A DNA stretch of 64,000 bases, from the NCBI GenBank assembly GCA_963693095.2, contig OY843768.1:832001-896000 (forward strand), given 5' to 3'. A program made the position numbers and the translations under genes. A model generated the notes under the pieces. That model saw nothing but the letters and a program-made list of their open reading frames with translations, was not told the origin of the DNA and did no database searches. Below, in pieces: positions 29,183 to 39,120 of the stretch. The stretch is from Cenarchaeum sp. GTDB taxonomy: Archaea; Thermoproteota; Nitrososphaeria; Nitrososphaerales; Nitrosopumilaceae. Every line of letters starts with the position of its first letter. Position 1 is the first letter of the stretch.

Positions 29183-30090
29183 TCGGCATCGTCATCATGC
29201 GCCAGCTCTTTGAGGCGCTTTTTGGACTTTGTGTGCTCGCGTCTCTCCTTTTCGAGCAAGGCACGAAGCGTTGCAATCTCCTTGTCTGCTGTATCAATCC
29301 TGTCGTTGAGGGATGCGACCATTGAGCTTGCGGCGCGCATGACATCGGCTCCACCGCCAGGTTTGGCCTGTGAGGCCATGTTGGACTCTTTGATCATTGA
29401 TCGCGTCTTTTGGAGCAGCTCACCAAACTTTTTGAGCTCTGCCTCTGCGTCCTTGCGCCTTTGCGCAATTCCGTCAAGCTCTGATGCGGCCTCGGCGATC
29501 TTTGAGTTGAGCTCCTCTAGCGCACGCTGCCTAGAGTCAAGCTCCGTGTTAACCCTTGCAAGCTCGCTGCTTGCGTCCTCGCGACTTCGCAGGTTTGAGC
29601 GAACCTCGGCATACTGGAGCTCTGATTCCTTGATCTGCGCATCAAGCTCATCAGCCCTTTTTTTGAGCTTTTCGCACGCGGCATTTGCAACTGTCGACTC
29701 GCGCCTCTTGGCCGCAAGCTCCCCCTTTGCCGCAAGAAGGCTCCCAACTGCGCCGTCATACTCTTTTTTCACGCTCTCGAGCTTGGCGTTTAGCGCATCA
29801 ATTGAGCGCGACGCATTGGCCGTGAGCGCGTCATTGGCAGTGTCGGCATCCTTTGAATGCGTATCCTCGTCCACGGCATCCTTTGAAGGCGCATCCTCAC
29901 CGGCGGCGTCCGTGCCGACATCGGCAGGGGCGATAGCCTCCGGCTCCCGCACCTCCCCGGCACCATGGCCCCCGTCGTCTGCGGCGTCGCGTGGGTCACC
30001 ACCCTCCACGCCACTGCCGCCATCACCGCCCCCGCGTCGGAACCAGCGCATGACGCCGGCTGCGCGATCGCCCGAATTTGTTGCTTTCAT
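29179..30090 (-). CDS. long coiled-coil protein with acidic N-terminus
   Basis: Heptad-rich E/K/A sequence of about 200 aa. Confidence 0.75.
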   Translation of the reverse strand: MKATNSGDRAAGVMRWFRRGGGDGGSGVEGGDPRDAADDGGHGAGEVREPEAIAPADVGTDAAGEDAPSKDAVDEDTHSKDADTANDALTANASRSIDALNAKLESVKKEYDGAVGSLLAAKGELAAKRRESTVANAACEKLKKRADELDAQIKESELQYAEVRSNLRSREDASSELARVNTELDSRQRALEELNSKIAEAASELDGIAQRRKDAEAELKKFGELLQKTRSMIKESNMASQAKPGGGADVMRAASSMVASLNDRIDTADKEIATLRALLEKERREHTKSKKRLKELAHDDDAD

Positions 30091-30287
30091 GCCCTGCGCC
30101 TCCCACGCACAAAGCTTAGGTAAAATCCCGCGCCCCCCGCGGCAAATCCGGCGATGATGGCCGCGATTCCAAGGTTTGGCGAGTCAGCAAGGTAGATCGG
30201 CGCAGTCACAAACGTGAGCGCCCCGAGGATGATCAGGAAAAAGCCGCCGCTGCGCCGGCCGGGGCCCTGCCCCTCGTGGTATGCCAT
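30087..30287 (-). CDS. small two-TM membrane protein
   Basis: Two hydrophobic segments; lies between lysS and the coiled-coil gene. Confidence 0.7.
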   Translation of the reverse strand: MAYHEGQGPGRRSGGFFLIILGALTFVTAPIYLADSPNLGIAAIIAGFAAGGAGFYLSFVRGRRRA

Positions 30288-30290
30288 GGC

Positions 30291-31865
30291 TCAGAGGCTC
30301 CCCCTTATCATGGAGGCCACCTTTGCTGCGCCAATGTCACGGACAAACTTGCCAAGCCGCGGTCCGGACGGCGCGCCTATGACGATAAGGTAGATTGTGC
30401 GAAACATCTCGCGCGGCTGCACGCCGTGGCGCCGCGAGGCCTCACGCACGGCTTCTTGCGCGTCGGCCTGCGCGTCAAGCGCGTCGGCCAGCTCGGATAG
30501 CGCTGCGCGCATGGCGTCATCCTCAACCTTCATGTCAGCATCCCCGTGACCCCCAAAGTCATCTGCGTACCTGCCGGCAAGCTCTATTGCTTCGGCTAGC
30601 CCGTCACCGGGTTCCTTGATCGTGCCGTACTCGACGAGCTTTTTGGCGACAAGGTCCACCCTGTCGTCCCGAAACACGCGCGCAAGCTCGACGAGGAGCG
30701 AGTATGGCGCGCGTTCCTGCGGCGCACCAGGCGGGTCCAGAAGGTGCGCGTACTCGTAGAGTCCCCTGAGGCGCTCGAGGCGCTCGGCGTTGGGTTCGGC
30801 GACAATTCCAAAATAGGTGCGCTCTAGGCCAGCAAGCTCGTCCATGAGTTGCGGTATGTCCTCCACGCCCACGCGGCGCGCACCCTTTATCCTCTTGAAG
30901 AGCAGGAGGAGGAGGGACTGTGGTGTGCCATAGCGCAGCCACGCCTGGGGAGTAAAGACGTTGCCCGAAGACTTTGATATCTTGCCGCCTGAGCGGTCAA
31001 GGAACATCTCGTACTTCACGTGGTGTGGCGGCGCGCGTGAGAGCACGTTCTCAGAGACCCAGTCATTGACCATCACAGAGTCCATGATGTCCTTGCCATA
31101 CGCCTCAAACCTCACGTCAAGCGCTGTCCATCGTGCGGCAAACTCGACCTTCCAGGCGAGCTTGCCACGTCCGCGTGTCGCGTCAGTCTCACCGGCATGT
31201 CCGCACCCGCGCACCATCGCATGGCCAATCTCGGCGTCAACGCACTCATAGCTGATCCTGCCGGCGCCAAGGTGCTCACGCGCGACTGCCGTGTAGAGCC
31301 GGCCGCACGAGTCACACACCGGCCAGTACGGCAGCGTTCCGCGAAACTTTTCCTGTCCTGTCGCGTCTGCAATGTGCGCGCCGATCCGGTCGGCGGCCTC
31401 GAGTATTGCGACGGTCTGGGCAGCAAAGCGGCCCTCGGCGTAGGCCTTTTGCGCGCTAATGTGCGTGTATGGCACGCCTAGCGTGTCGAGTGCCTCGAGG
31501 AGGAGGCTGCTCATGTGCGAGCCATATGACTCGTGGCACCCGTGCGGGTCGGCAATGTCCGAGACGGGCCGGCCAATCTGCCCCTCAAGGGATGCCCCTT
31601 CGAGTCCGGCCGGCACCTTTCGCAGCCCGTCGAGGTCATCCGAGTATGCGACTAGCTCGGAGCGGTACCCCAGGTTTCCAAGCGCAAGGCTCACGCCGTA
31701 TGCCCTGACGGCGTCCCCGAGGCTGCCGATGTGCGGCACGCCCGAGGCGCCAAGCCCGCTCTCGACCCTGAGGAGTTCGGTGTCGCGCCCAAGTGACACC
31801 TCGCGCTCGACTAGCTCCGAGGCGAGCTTGTCTATCCACGTCCCCCGCCCGATCGTGGCGCTCAA
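30291..31865 (-). CDS. lysS: lysyl-tRNA synthetase, class I
   Basis: SGVPHIGS, GKLAWKVE, FEAYGKD, KISKSSGN, GPRLG. Confidence 0.96.
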   Translation of the reverse strand: MSATIGRGTWIDKLASELVEREVSLGRDTELLRVESGLGASGVPHIGSLGDAVRAYGVSLALGNLGYRSELVAYSDDLDGLRKVPAGLEGASLEGQIGRPVSDIADPHGCHESYGSHMSSLLLEALDTLGVPYTHISAQKAYAEGRFAAQTVAILEAADRIGAHIADATGQEKFRGTLPYWPVCDSCGRLYTAVAREHLGAGRISYECVDAEIGHAMVRGCGHAGETDATRGRGKLAWKVEFAARWTALDVRFEAYGKDIMDSVMVNDWVSENVLSRAPPHHVKYEMFLDRSGGKISKSSGNVFTPQAWLRYGTPQSLLLLLFKRIKGARRVGVEDIPQLMDELAGLERTYFGIVAEPNAERLERLRGLYEYAHLLDPPGAPQERAPYSLLVELARVFRDDRVDLVAKKLVEYGTIKEPGDGLAEAIELAGRYADDFGGHGDADMKVEDDAMRAALSELADALDAQADAQEAVREASRRHGVQPREMFRTIYLIVIGAPSGPRLGKFVRDIGAAKVASMIRGSL

Positions 31866-33454
31866 CGCCCAATCCCCCTTGCCATGTATGGGCCAAGCCT
31901 CCCGTACCCATGGCGCGCATAATAGCCGCGCGTGCCGACTGCGCTGATGACCAGTAGTGTAGAGGCGGCATAGTCATCATGTGCGATCCTTTCTGCCTCG
32001 CGCAGCAGGCGCGCGCCGATTCCAGAATGCTGTATGCCCGTGCCGTGTCCGCCTATGCGAACCTGCTGGCCGAGCACGTGCAGCTCGCGCACAATGCACG
32101 AGTCGGCCCCGACCTCGGGCCTATGCGCTGACGGGCCGGGCCTGCGAAGGCGAAGATAGCCATAGATGCGCGAGTGCGAGTCCTCCATGGACAGGAACGC
32201 CTCGCTTCCGCGCGAGGACGCATAGTCGGTTCGGCGCAATGACAGTCCACCGTCTGGAATGGAGGAGACTCCGGCAAGGCCGGCCTCGCGGCACCTGATG
32301 CACGCGCAGCTCGTACCATCACGCCGCATTCTCTCATGGACGGCCTGGCGCAGGTTTCCGGCACGCGCGCCGGCGATGATCTCGCTGCCGGGTATCTCGC
32401 GCTGCACGCGCATTATGCGCACCCATGGCGGAACGCTGGCCTTTATTCTTGCGAGAAGGTCGACTGTCTGCTCCTCGCTTCGCGCCTCATAGAGGCCCGA
32501 GGCGTACTCGTCGTGCATCTGTGTGCCCGGCAGGACGAGGAGCGGATAGATCTTTAGCATGTCTGGCCGCAGGTCAGGATCCTCCCAGAGCCGCCCAAAG
32601 TCCTCAATATCGTCCTCAATGGACATTGTCGGCAGGCCGGGCATCATGTGGGCGACGACCTTGTAGCCCGCATCACGCGACACGCGCAGCGACTCTACGA
32701 CATCGGCGTACGTGTGTCCCCTGTTGACTGCCCTGTACACGCGCTCGCGCAGGCACTGTATGCCTATCTCGACGCGCGTTGCGCCGAATTCGAGCATTGC
32801 GTCCACGTGGGCACGCCTGCAATAGTCCGGCTTTGTCTCGATCGTCAGGCCCACGCAGCGCGAGGAGGCGCGCTCGTTGAGTGACTTTGCCCCATCAAGC
32901 GTCGCCGAGGAGCCCCCGTTGAGCGCGCCATAGCAGGACATGACAAACCACTCCTGGTATTCTGGCGGCATAAAGAGGAACGTCCCGCCCACTATGACAA
33001 TCTCCACCTTTGAGGTGTCATGGCCGCGAGCCCCAAGGCGCGCAAGGGCCGCGCGCACCTGCGTGCCGGGATCGTACGAGGAGGCCATCGCGCCAGCAGC
33101 TATTGGCTCGCTGCCCGTATAGCTGTTGGGCGTTCCGCTTGCCGGCCCTCCGGGACAGTACGTGCACCTGCCGTGCGGACAAGCGTATGGCATCGGCATC
33201 ACGGCGATGACGGCAACTCCAGAGGCCGTCTTTATGGGACGCTTTAGGAGGGCCGCGCGCGCGCGTTGCGTGGCACCGCCATGCGCGAGTATCTCCTCGT
33301 TTGACGGTATGCGCCCAAGCGAGTGCCTAGCGCACGCGTCACGTATTATCGAGCGCACGGCGCGCGCACCATGATCTGCGGCACCTAGTGCCCCAAGTAT
33401 CTCCGCGCATGCGCTAGCAAGCCGGTCCCCATGCACCTGTTTCATTGCGCGCAT
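31862..33454 (-). CDS. elp3: Elp3 tRNA uridine(34) acetyltransferase (radical SAM + GNAT)
   Basis: CPHGRCTYCPGG, KIYP, RVQREIP, RELHVLG, QHSGIG. Confidence 0.95.
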   Translation of the reverse strand: MRAMKQVHGDRLASACAEILGALGAADHGARAVRSIIRDACARHSLGRIPSNEEILAHGGATQRARAALLKRPIKTASGVAVIAVMPMPYACPHGRCTYCPGGPASGTPNSYTGSEPIAAGAMASSYDPGTQVRAALARLGARGHDTSKVEIVIVGGTFLFMPPEYQEWFVMSCYGALNGGSSATLDGAKSLNERASSRCVGLTIETKPDYCRRAHVDAMLEFGATRVEIGIQCLRERVYRAVNRGHTYADVVESLRVSRDAGYKVVAHMMPGLPTMSIEDDIEDFGRLWEDPDLRPDMLKIYPLLVLPGTQMHDEYASGLYEARSEEQTVDLLARIKASVPPWVRIMRVQREIPGSEIIAGARAGNLRQAVHERMRRDGTSCACIRCREAGLAGVSSIPDGGLSLRRTDYASSRGSEAFLSMEDSHSRIYGYLRLRRPGPSAHRPEVGADSCIVRELHVLGQQVRIGGHGTGIQHSGIGARLLREAERIAHDDYAASTLLVISAVGTRGYYARHGYGRLGPYMARGIGR

Positions 33455-33499
33455 GATATTCGACCCTGCATAAATTCTGTATGGGTGCCACACGCTGCC

Positions 33500-34114
33500 C
33501 TAGCGCCGTCTTTTGGCAGTTGCGCGCCGGCTCACCCTCCTGCGCACAGTGGTCTTTGCGACACGTCGCCTAACGGGACGCGCCCTCTTTACAGTCGTCC
33601 TCTTTCGCGTCGTGCTCCGCGCAGTGGTCCTTTTTGTGACTCGCCGCCGTGCCGCACCGCTAGACGTCGTTCTCTTGCGGACAGTCGGCCTTTTCCTAGT
33701 GACGGTGCGCTTTCGCGTAGTCGGCTTTTTCCTCGCAGTCGTGCGCGAGGACGGCCTCCTCCGCGACGTCGTCGCCCTGGTCTTTTTGCGCGTAGTCTTG
33801 CGCTTTGGTCGCCTTGTCGCCGATGTCTTGCGCGCGCCAGCCCTGGCCGGTCGCCTCTTTTTCTTTGGGGGTGACGCCCTCTTTTTTGCAGGCGGCCTCC
33901 TAGACGTGCCGCCTAGCTGGGAGCGGAGGTTCTTTAGCTTGATGAGCTCGACTCTCAAGAGCGAGAGCTGCTTGTCGATATCGGTTCCCGAGCTTGCCGT
34001 CGATGATGACTGCTGGCACTCGGGGCACAGGGCGCGCTTGCCGTCATACTTCATCGTCTCGCGAGTCACGGCCTTGCCGCACTCGGAGCATGATGTCACA
34101 TAGTCCTCAGCCAA
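33500..34114 (-). CDS. Zn-ribbon + coiled coil + histone H1-like K/R/T-rich tail protein
   Basis: CSEC...CPEC, LSLLRVELIKLKNLR, then a 133-aa tail with 63 K/R and no D/E; TTG start inferred. Confidence 0.75.
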   Translation of the reverse strand: MAEDYVTSCSECGKAVTRETMKYDGKRALCPECQQSSSTASSGTDIDKQLSLLRVELIKLKNLRSQLGGTSRRPPAKKRASPPKKKRRPARAGARKTSATRRPKRKTTRKKTRATTSRRRPSSRTTARKKPTTRKRTVTRKRPTVRKRTTSSGAARRRVTKRTTARSTTRKRTTVKRARPVRRRVAKTTVRRRVSRRATAKRRR

Positions 34115-34145
34115 AGCAGTGAGACAGCCCCCCATGCGATGTGAT

Positions 34146-35462
34146 TTAAGGCTTATGGCCGCCGGCGAGGTCGCCTGCGTCATCGACAGGCGTGTCCTCG
34201 GGCGGCACAAAGACAAACTCCCTTCCCTCGTGCGGGTTGTCTGACCGGTCCTTGCGCTTCGCGCCGTCCCTCTTGGCATAGTCGAGCTTTAGCCAGATTG
34301 GCGTGATTATTGTCGTGACTGCCACCATTATCACGATCGTCGAGTAGACGCTTCCCGTCAGGACCCCGGAGGAGACACCGACGCCGGCGACGATGAGGCC
34401 CACCTCGCCGCGCGAGATCATCGCAATGCCGACACGCATTCCCTGCGCCTTGTCCTTGAGAAAGTACCATGACGGCAGGCCGCACCCAAAGAGCTTTGTG
34501 ACAATGGCAATGACGATCATGACCCCGCTCAGCATGAGGATGGTCAGGTCAACCTCCATAAAGTTAACCTGTGCGCCAATTATGGCAAAGAACAGCGGCG
34601 CAAATATCAGTCCCACCTTGCTGATAAAGTGCTCGACCTTGTCTATAACCTTGGTCGTCGATAGCGCCATGCCGACTGCAAACGCGCCAACTATGGGAGA
34701 GAGTCCAATAGATCCAGCTATCGCGGCGGCACCAAAGAATATTGCCGTCACAATGCCCTCGACACTGCCCTTTGCGTGCCACAGACGCGGGGCGACCAGC
34801 TTGGGAACTATGAACACTGCAGAGATGAGCATTATCGCAAAGAACCCAAGAACCTGCATTATGGTTATTGCGACGTCAGTCAGCTCGATGGAGTCTATTC
34901 CCCCGTCTGCGCCAAGCGATGTGACCACCGAGAGGACGGCAATTGCCAGAATGTCATCAACGATTGCCGCGCCGATGATGAGGCGCGCCTCGGGCGTCTT
35001 TATCTTTCCAAACTCGGTGAGAACCTGAAGCGAGATGGCTATGCTCGTTGCGGTGAGTGCCGTGGCGATCATCATTGACTGGAGCGCATCAAAGCCAAAC
35101 GCCTGAAACACCCACAGTCCGGCAAAAAACGGGAGAACGACCCCTATTGTGCCAACGGTAAACGACTTTTTGCCGCCGCGCAAAAACTCGCGGGGCGTCA
35201 TCTCCATTCCGGCCATAAAGAGGATAACTATGGCGCCGATCTCCCCGAGGACGCGCAGCTCGCTGCCGAGCTGCAGGAGCGGCTCGCCATCATAGACCAG
35301 AAACGCGCCGAACGCAAATGGGCCTATGATCATGCCAGCGAGGAGCTCGCCGAGGACTATGGGCAGGCGGATCCTCATAAAGAGCTCGGCCATGAGCTTG
35401 GCGGCCACTAGGAGTATCCCTACCCCTATGATCGTCTGGATAAAGTGGGACTCGACGGCCAA
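34146..35462 (-). CDS. cation:proton antiporter (CPA2, KefB/NapA-like)
   Basis: LTATSIAI, AAIVDDI, GAFAVG, SRGEVGL. Confidence 0.93.
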   Translation of the reverse strand: MAVESHFIQTIIGVGILLVAAKLMAELFMRIRLPIVLGELLAGMIIGPFAFGAFLVYDGEPLLQLGSELRVLGEIGAIVILFMAGMEMTPREFLRGGKKSFTVGTIGVVLPFFAGLWVFQAFGFDALQSMMIATALTATSIAISLQVLTEFGKIKTPEARLIIGAAIVDDILAIAVLSVVTSLGADGGIDSIELTDVAITIMQVLGFFAIMLISAVFIVPKLVAPRLWHAKGSVEGIVTAIFFGAAAIAGSIGLSPIVGAFAVGMALSTTKVIDKVEHFISKVGLIFAPLFFAIIGAQVNFMEVDLTILMLSGVMIVIAIVTKLFGCGLPSWYFLKDKAQGMRVGIAMISRGEVGLIVAGVGVSSGVLTGSVYSTIVIMVAVTTIITPIWLKLDYAKRDGAKRKDRSDNPHEGREFVFVPPEDTPVDDAGDLAGGHKP

Positions 35463-35558
35463 CGCGCGCGGGGTCGCAAGCGGCGTGATATAAGGGGCGC
35501 GCCGCCTGGCGCGGCGTGCCGCCACTCTTTAATACAAAAGAGCGCCGCCTGGCCCACG

Positions 35559-36152
35559 ATGCTCGACAGCCTGCGCAAGACGCTCTCGCCGGCGCTGAGC
35601 CGCCTCGGGCGTGGGGCTGCGGCCACTGGCATATCGCCGTCGGCATGGACTGCGATCGGCCTCGTGGCCGCCTTTGTGTCAGCGGCCCTCTTTGGGATCA
35701 ACTCTGGCCACTCGATCGCACTGGCCGGAGTTGCGCTCCTCGCCTCGGGGTTCCTCGACATCGTCGACGGGCAGGTCGCGCGCGCATCGGGCAGGGAGAC
35801 GGCGCGCGGGGCGTTCCTGGACTCTGTCTCGGACAGGGTCGCCGAGGCTGCCATATTCATCGCAATCCTGGCCGGCGGCGTCGCCTCACCGCACCTCGTG
35901 ATCACCGCGCTGGCCCTCTCACTCATCGTGAGCTATACTAGGTCAAGGGCAGAGTCACTCGGCGTGAGGCTCGCCGGCATCGGCGTGGGCGAGCGGGCCG
36001 AGCGCCTGGTCATAATAGCAGTGGCCGCAATAGCTGCTGGCCTGTCCCAAACGGCGGCAATAATGGACTATGCCATGCTGCTCGTGTGTGTCCTTGCCGG
36101 CGTGACAATAGTGCAGCGCGTCATCCGCGCATCAAGGCAGCTTGACGGCTAG
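35559..36152 (+). CDS. CDP-alcohol phosphatidyltransferase (archaetidylinositol phosphate synthase-like)
   Basis: D..DG.VAR......RGAFLD..SDR; SYTRSRAE. Confidence 0.92.
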   Translation: MLDSLRKTLSPALSRLGRGAAATGISPSAWTAIGLVAAFVSAALFGINSGHSIALAGVALLASGFLDIVDGQVARASGRETARGAFLDSVSDRVAEAAIFIAILAGGVASPHLVITALALSLIVSYTRSRAESLGVRLAGIGVGERAERLVIIAVAAIAAGLSQTAAIMDYAMLLVCVLAGVTIVQRVIRASRQLDG

Positions 36153-36436
36153 CGCAGCCTGCCGCGCTTTCTTCGCGAGTCAGCCGAGCGAATCTTTAGT
36201 ATTCCAAAGTGTATGGCACACGATATGCAGTACCACTTTAGAACGCGTGGCGAGGCGATGTATGTGCCCTGTGCGCGCAGCTCCTTTGCGAGCTGGTGCT
36301 CCACGAGGTTTAGCCTTGATGTGACCTTTTTGGCCTTGTCCTTTGGAACCGTCTGTCCGCAGTTGGTGCACTGGACGGTGCCTGAGGAGCCCTTGCCGCC
36401 CTTTTTGCGTCCCCTGCTTGCCCGCTTTAGTGGCAT
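36149..36436 (-). CDS. rps26e: 30S ribosomal protein S26e
   Basis: CTNCG..VPKDKAKK, YCISCAIH. Confidence 0.96.
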   Translation of the reverse strand: MPLKRASRGRKKGGKGSSGTVQCTNCGQTVPKDKAKKVTSRLNLVEHQLAKELRAQGTYIASPRVLKWYCISCAIHFGILKIRSADSRRKRGRLR

Positions 36437-36520
36437 GACACGCTCCCGAACTGCCTGTTTATAATCCTGATGGACATACCCGCATCGAAGGCGCGCGCCG
36501 GCACCTGCGCATGTGGCACC

Positions 36521-37141
36521 CTAGCGCACCCTTGAAAGGCGTGCGTCAACCTCATCCCAGTTGACAACGTTCCACCACGCCGCAACATAGTCAGGTCGCT
36601 TGTTCTGGTACTTTAGGTAATACGCGTGCTCCCAGACGTCAAGGCCCAGCAGGGGCACAAGGCCACGCGTTCGCGGGCTGTCCTGGTTTGGCATCGCAGC
36701 ATACTCTACCTTTGATGATGACGTGTTGTAGGCAAGCCAGCCCCATCCGCTGCCCTGTATGACGGCAGTAGTCGAGGAGAACTTTTCCTTAAAGTCAGCA
36801 AAGCTCCCAAATGCCGACGAGATGGCATCGGCCAGCGCGCCTCCCGGCTCACCGCCGCCGTTGGCCGACAGGCTGGGCCAAAAGAGCGAGTGGTTGTCAA
36901 ACCCGCCGCCGTTAAAGTTGACTGCCCCGCGAACCTCCTCGGGGACGCTCGATAGTGAGGCCAGGAGCGTCTCTATGTCCATGCCCTGAACGTCTGCTGG
37001 GCACTTTTCGAGTGCGGCGTTGAGCTTGTCCGTGTATGCCTTGTGGTGCCTAGAGTGGTGTATCTCCATGGTCTGGGCGTCGATATGGGGCTCTAGTGCC
37101 CCATGGGCGTATGGAAGTGCGGGGAGCTCGTGCTTTGCCAA
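36521..37141 (-). CDS. sod: Fe/Mn superoxide dismutase
   Basis: [27 protein letters not shown]. Confidence 0.96.
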   Translation of the reverse strand: MAKHELPALPYAHGALEPHIDAQTMEIHHSRHHKAYTDKLNAALEKCPADVQGMDIETLLASLSSVPEEVRGAVNFNGGGFDNHSLFWPSLSANGGGEPGGALADAISSAFGSFADFKEKFSSTTAVIQGSGWGWLAYNTSSSKVEYAAMPNQDSPRTRGLVPLLGLDVWEHAYYLKYQNKRPDYVAAWWNVVNWDEVDARLSRVR

Positions 37142-37208
37142 CGAGGCAGGCCCCATCGGGGGTTAATTTAACGGTTTATGACGCGAGCAGTCCCACACGC
37201 CAGGATCC

Positions 37209-38261
37209 CTAGGCAATGTCGATGCCATTGACCCTGACGCCGCTTCCGGAGCCGACGTGGCCGATGACCTGCGCCCCAATCCTGTGCCGGCGCAGGCTCG
37301 AGACGATCCCGTCTGCCTCTGACTCTGGGGCGATGACGCAGAGGCCAACGCCCATGTTGAACGTCCTGTACATCTCGGCGTCTGCCACTCCCCGCGAGGC
37401 TATGAGGTCCATGATCGGCGGCGTGCGCGGCAGCGAGTCGATCTCATAGGAGGCGCGCCGCAGGCGGAGGAGGTTTGAGAACGCGCCGCCGGTGATGTGG
37501 GCCAGGCCATGGACGTCAAAGCGCGCAATGACGTCGAGTGCCGGAACCGCATAGATTCGCGTCGGGCGAAGGAGCTCGTCGCCGAGTCGACGCGCACCGG
37601 CAATGCGCTCGCTGAGCGGAATTCCGGCGAGTGCGCGCCGTGCGAGCGAGTATCCGTTGGAGTGCAGTCCCGAGCTGCGCGCGCCGATTATCACGTCACG
37701 CCGCCGGATTGCCCTGCCCGTGATGATGCGGCCGCGCGGGACGGTTCCAACCACGGTTCCGGCCAGATCAAAGGCGAACTTGCCACGTCCAAAGAGGTCA
37801 GGCATGATCGCCGTCTCGCCGCCCACTATGGGAACGCGCGCCTGCCGTGCCCCACGAACGAGTCCAGACACGATCTTTTTGAATATTCCCGTGTCATTGC
37901 GGCTCGCGGCGATATAGTCAACAAAGGACACCGGTGTGGCGCCAACGCACACAATGTCATTGACGTTCATTGCCACACAGTCAATTCCGACTGTGTCATA
38001 CTTGCGCATCCTGGACGCGATGAGGACCTTTGTTCCCACACCGTCCGTGTGGGTCGCAACGAGCGTGCCGTCTCGCGTGCGCACAATCCCCGCATAGTGT
38101 CCAAATGCGCTAGCCATGCGCGCACCGCGCGCGTGAGCGTGTGTTGATGATATCAGGCGCCCAATTGCCGTGCGGCTCTTGTCTATTGCGGCAATGTCAA
38201 CGCCCGAACCACGGTACGTGAGCGTCTTGGATCGGCGGCGCTTTGGTGCAGTGCGCATCAC
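37209..38261 (-). CDS. purM: phosphoribosylformylglycinamidine cyclo-ligase
   Basis: TDGVGTK, GGETAIMP, SGLHSNGYSL, HITGG, TFNMGVG. Confidence 0.96.
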   Translation of the reverse strand: MMRTAPKRRRSKTLTYRGSGVDIAAIDKSRTAIGRLISSTHAHARGARMASAFGHYAGIVRTRDGTLVATHTDGVGTKVLIASRMRKYDTVGIDCVAMNVNDIVCVGATPVSFVDYIAASRNDTGIFKKIVSGLVRGARQARVPIVGGETAIMPDLFGRGKFAFDLAGTVVGTVPRGRIITGRAIRRRDVIIGARSSGLHSNGYSLARRALAGIPLSERIAGARRLGDELLRPTRIYAVPALDVIARFDVHGLAHITGGAFSNLLRLRRASYEIDSLPRTPPIMDLIASRGVADAEMYRTFNMGVGLCVIAPESEADGIVSSLRRHRIGAQVIGHVGSGSGVRVNGIDIA

Positions 38262-38974
38262 ATGTACATCCCCCGTACCTCGCCCCTGTGGTGCGCATAG
38301 CGGCGCGAGAGCTCCGAGTATGTGCTCTCGATCGCCTCTGCGTCACTGAGAAGCGAGGAGGAGTCCACGTCGAGGCCATAGAGCGAGTTGACCGCGTTGA
38401 CAAGCGTGGCAGCAGCGGCAGGATCGGCGGCATCCTTGTTGGCCCGCGCAAGGAGCGCCGAGCCGCGCACGTCGTGGAGAAGGCACTCATCGAGCAGGCC
38501 CCCAGAGATGCCCGTGATGAACCCCCGCGATATCATGCTGATGCCCGGCACCGCCTCGGCGTGGTGCGTGTCGCGCTCGGCCGCATAGTATGCGCATCCG
38601 TCATGGGAGTCATCGGCGATCCCGTCAAGAACGGCAATCTCGGCGGCATTCCTGGAGGAGAGCCACTCAAAGATGGCCGAGACTATGTCGTGTATGCCCT
38701 CCATGTGGAGCGTTATCTCGCATATTATGGCGCACGTGTTGGACTTTTCGTGCGCATAAAACCTAAACGGGTGCTGCAGGTGGCCGCGCAGGAATACTGC
38801 GGCCGGCGGGAGGTGGCGCGACCTCATGCACGCAAACTCGGTAAACCCCATGGACGACACAATGTGCCCAACGGCTAGCGGCCCGACGAGGCCGGCTCCG
38901 ACGAATCCGGCGATCACCGTGGGTCGCTCGAGTCGCACGGCTGAAAACTCTGTCACCGCCGCACTAGGAGGCAT
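38258..38974 (-). CDS. PAC2-family proteasome assembly chaperone (second paralog)
   Basis: AGFVGAGLVG, PFRFY, ITGISGGLL, DPAAAA, C-terminal GMYM. Confidence 0.88.
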   Translation of the reverse strand: MPPSAAVTEFSAVRLERPTVIAGFVGAGLVGPLAVGHIVSSMGFTEFACMRSRHLPPAAVFLRGHLQHPFRFYAHEKSNTCAIICEITLHMEGIHDIVSAIFEWLSSRNAAEIAVLDGIADDSHDGCAYYAAERDTHHAEAVPGISMISRGFITGISGGLLDECLLHDVRGSALLARANKDAADPAAAATLVNAVNSLYGLDVDSSSLLSDAEAIESTYSELSRRYAHHRGEVRGMYM

Positions 38975-39120
38975 GGAATGCTGCACCGTGAAGGCGCGCG
39001 CGGCACGCGGATTAATTACCTTTCTGCACTCTCCGGCGCGCAAGGCCGACACCGGCGGCAAAGGGCGCGCCCCGGATGGCCGGGTTTGCATTTAAACGGA
39101 GGCTCTGCGCCGCACCGGCC

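Noticed and set aside
29210-35028. Long antisense ORFs (e.g. 29210-30157, 33513-34103, 34393-35028)
   Set aside because: Mirror frames of real genes caused by codon bias; no independent evidence.
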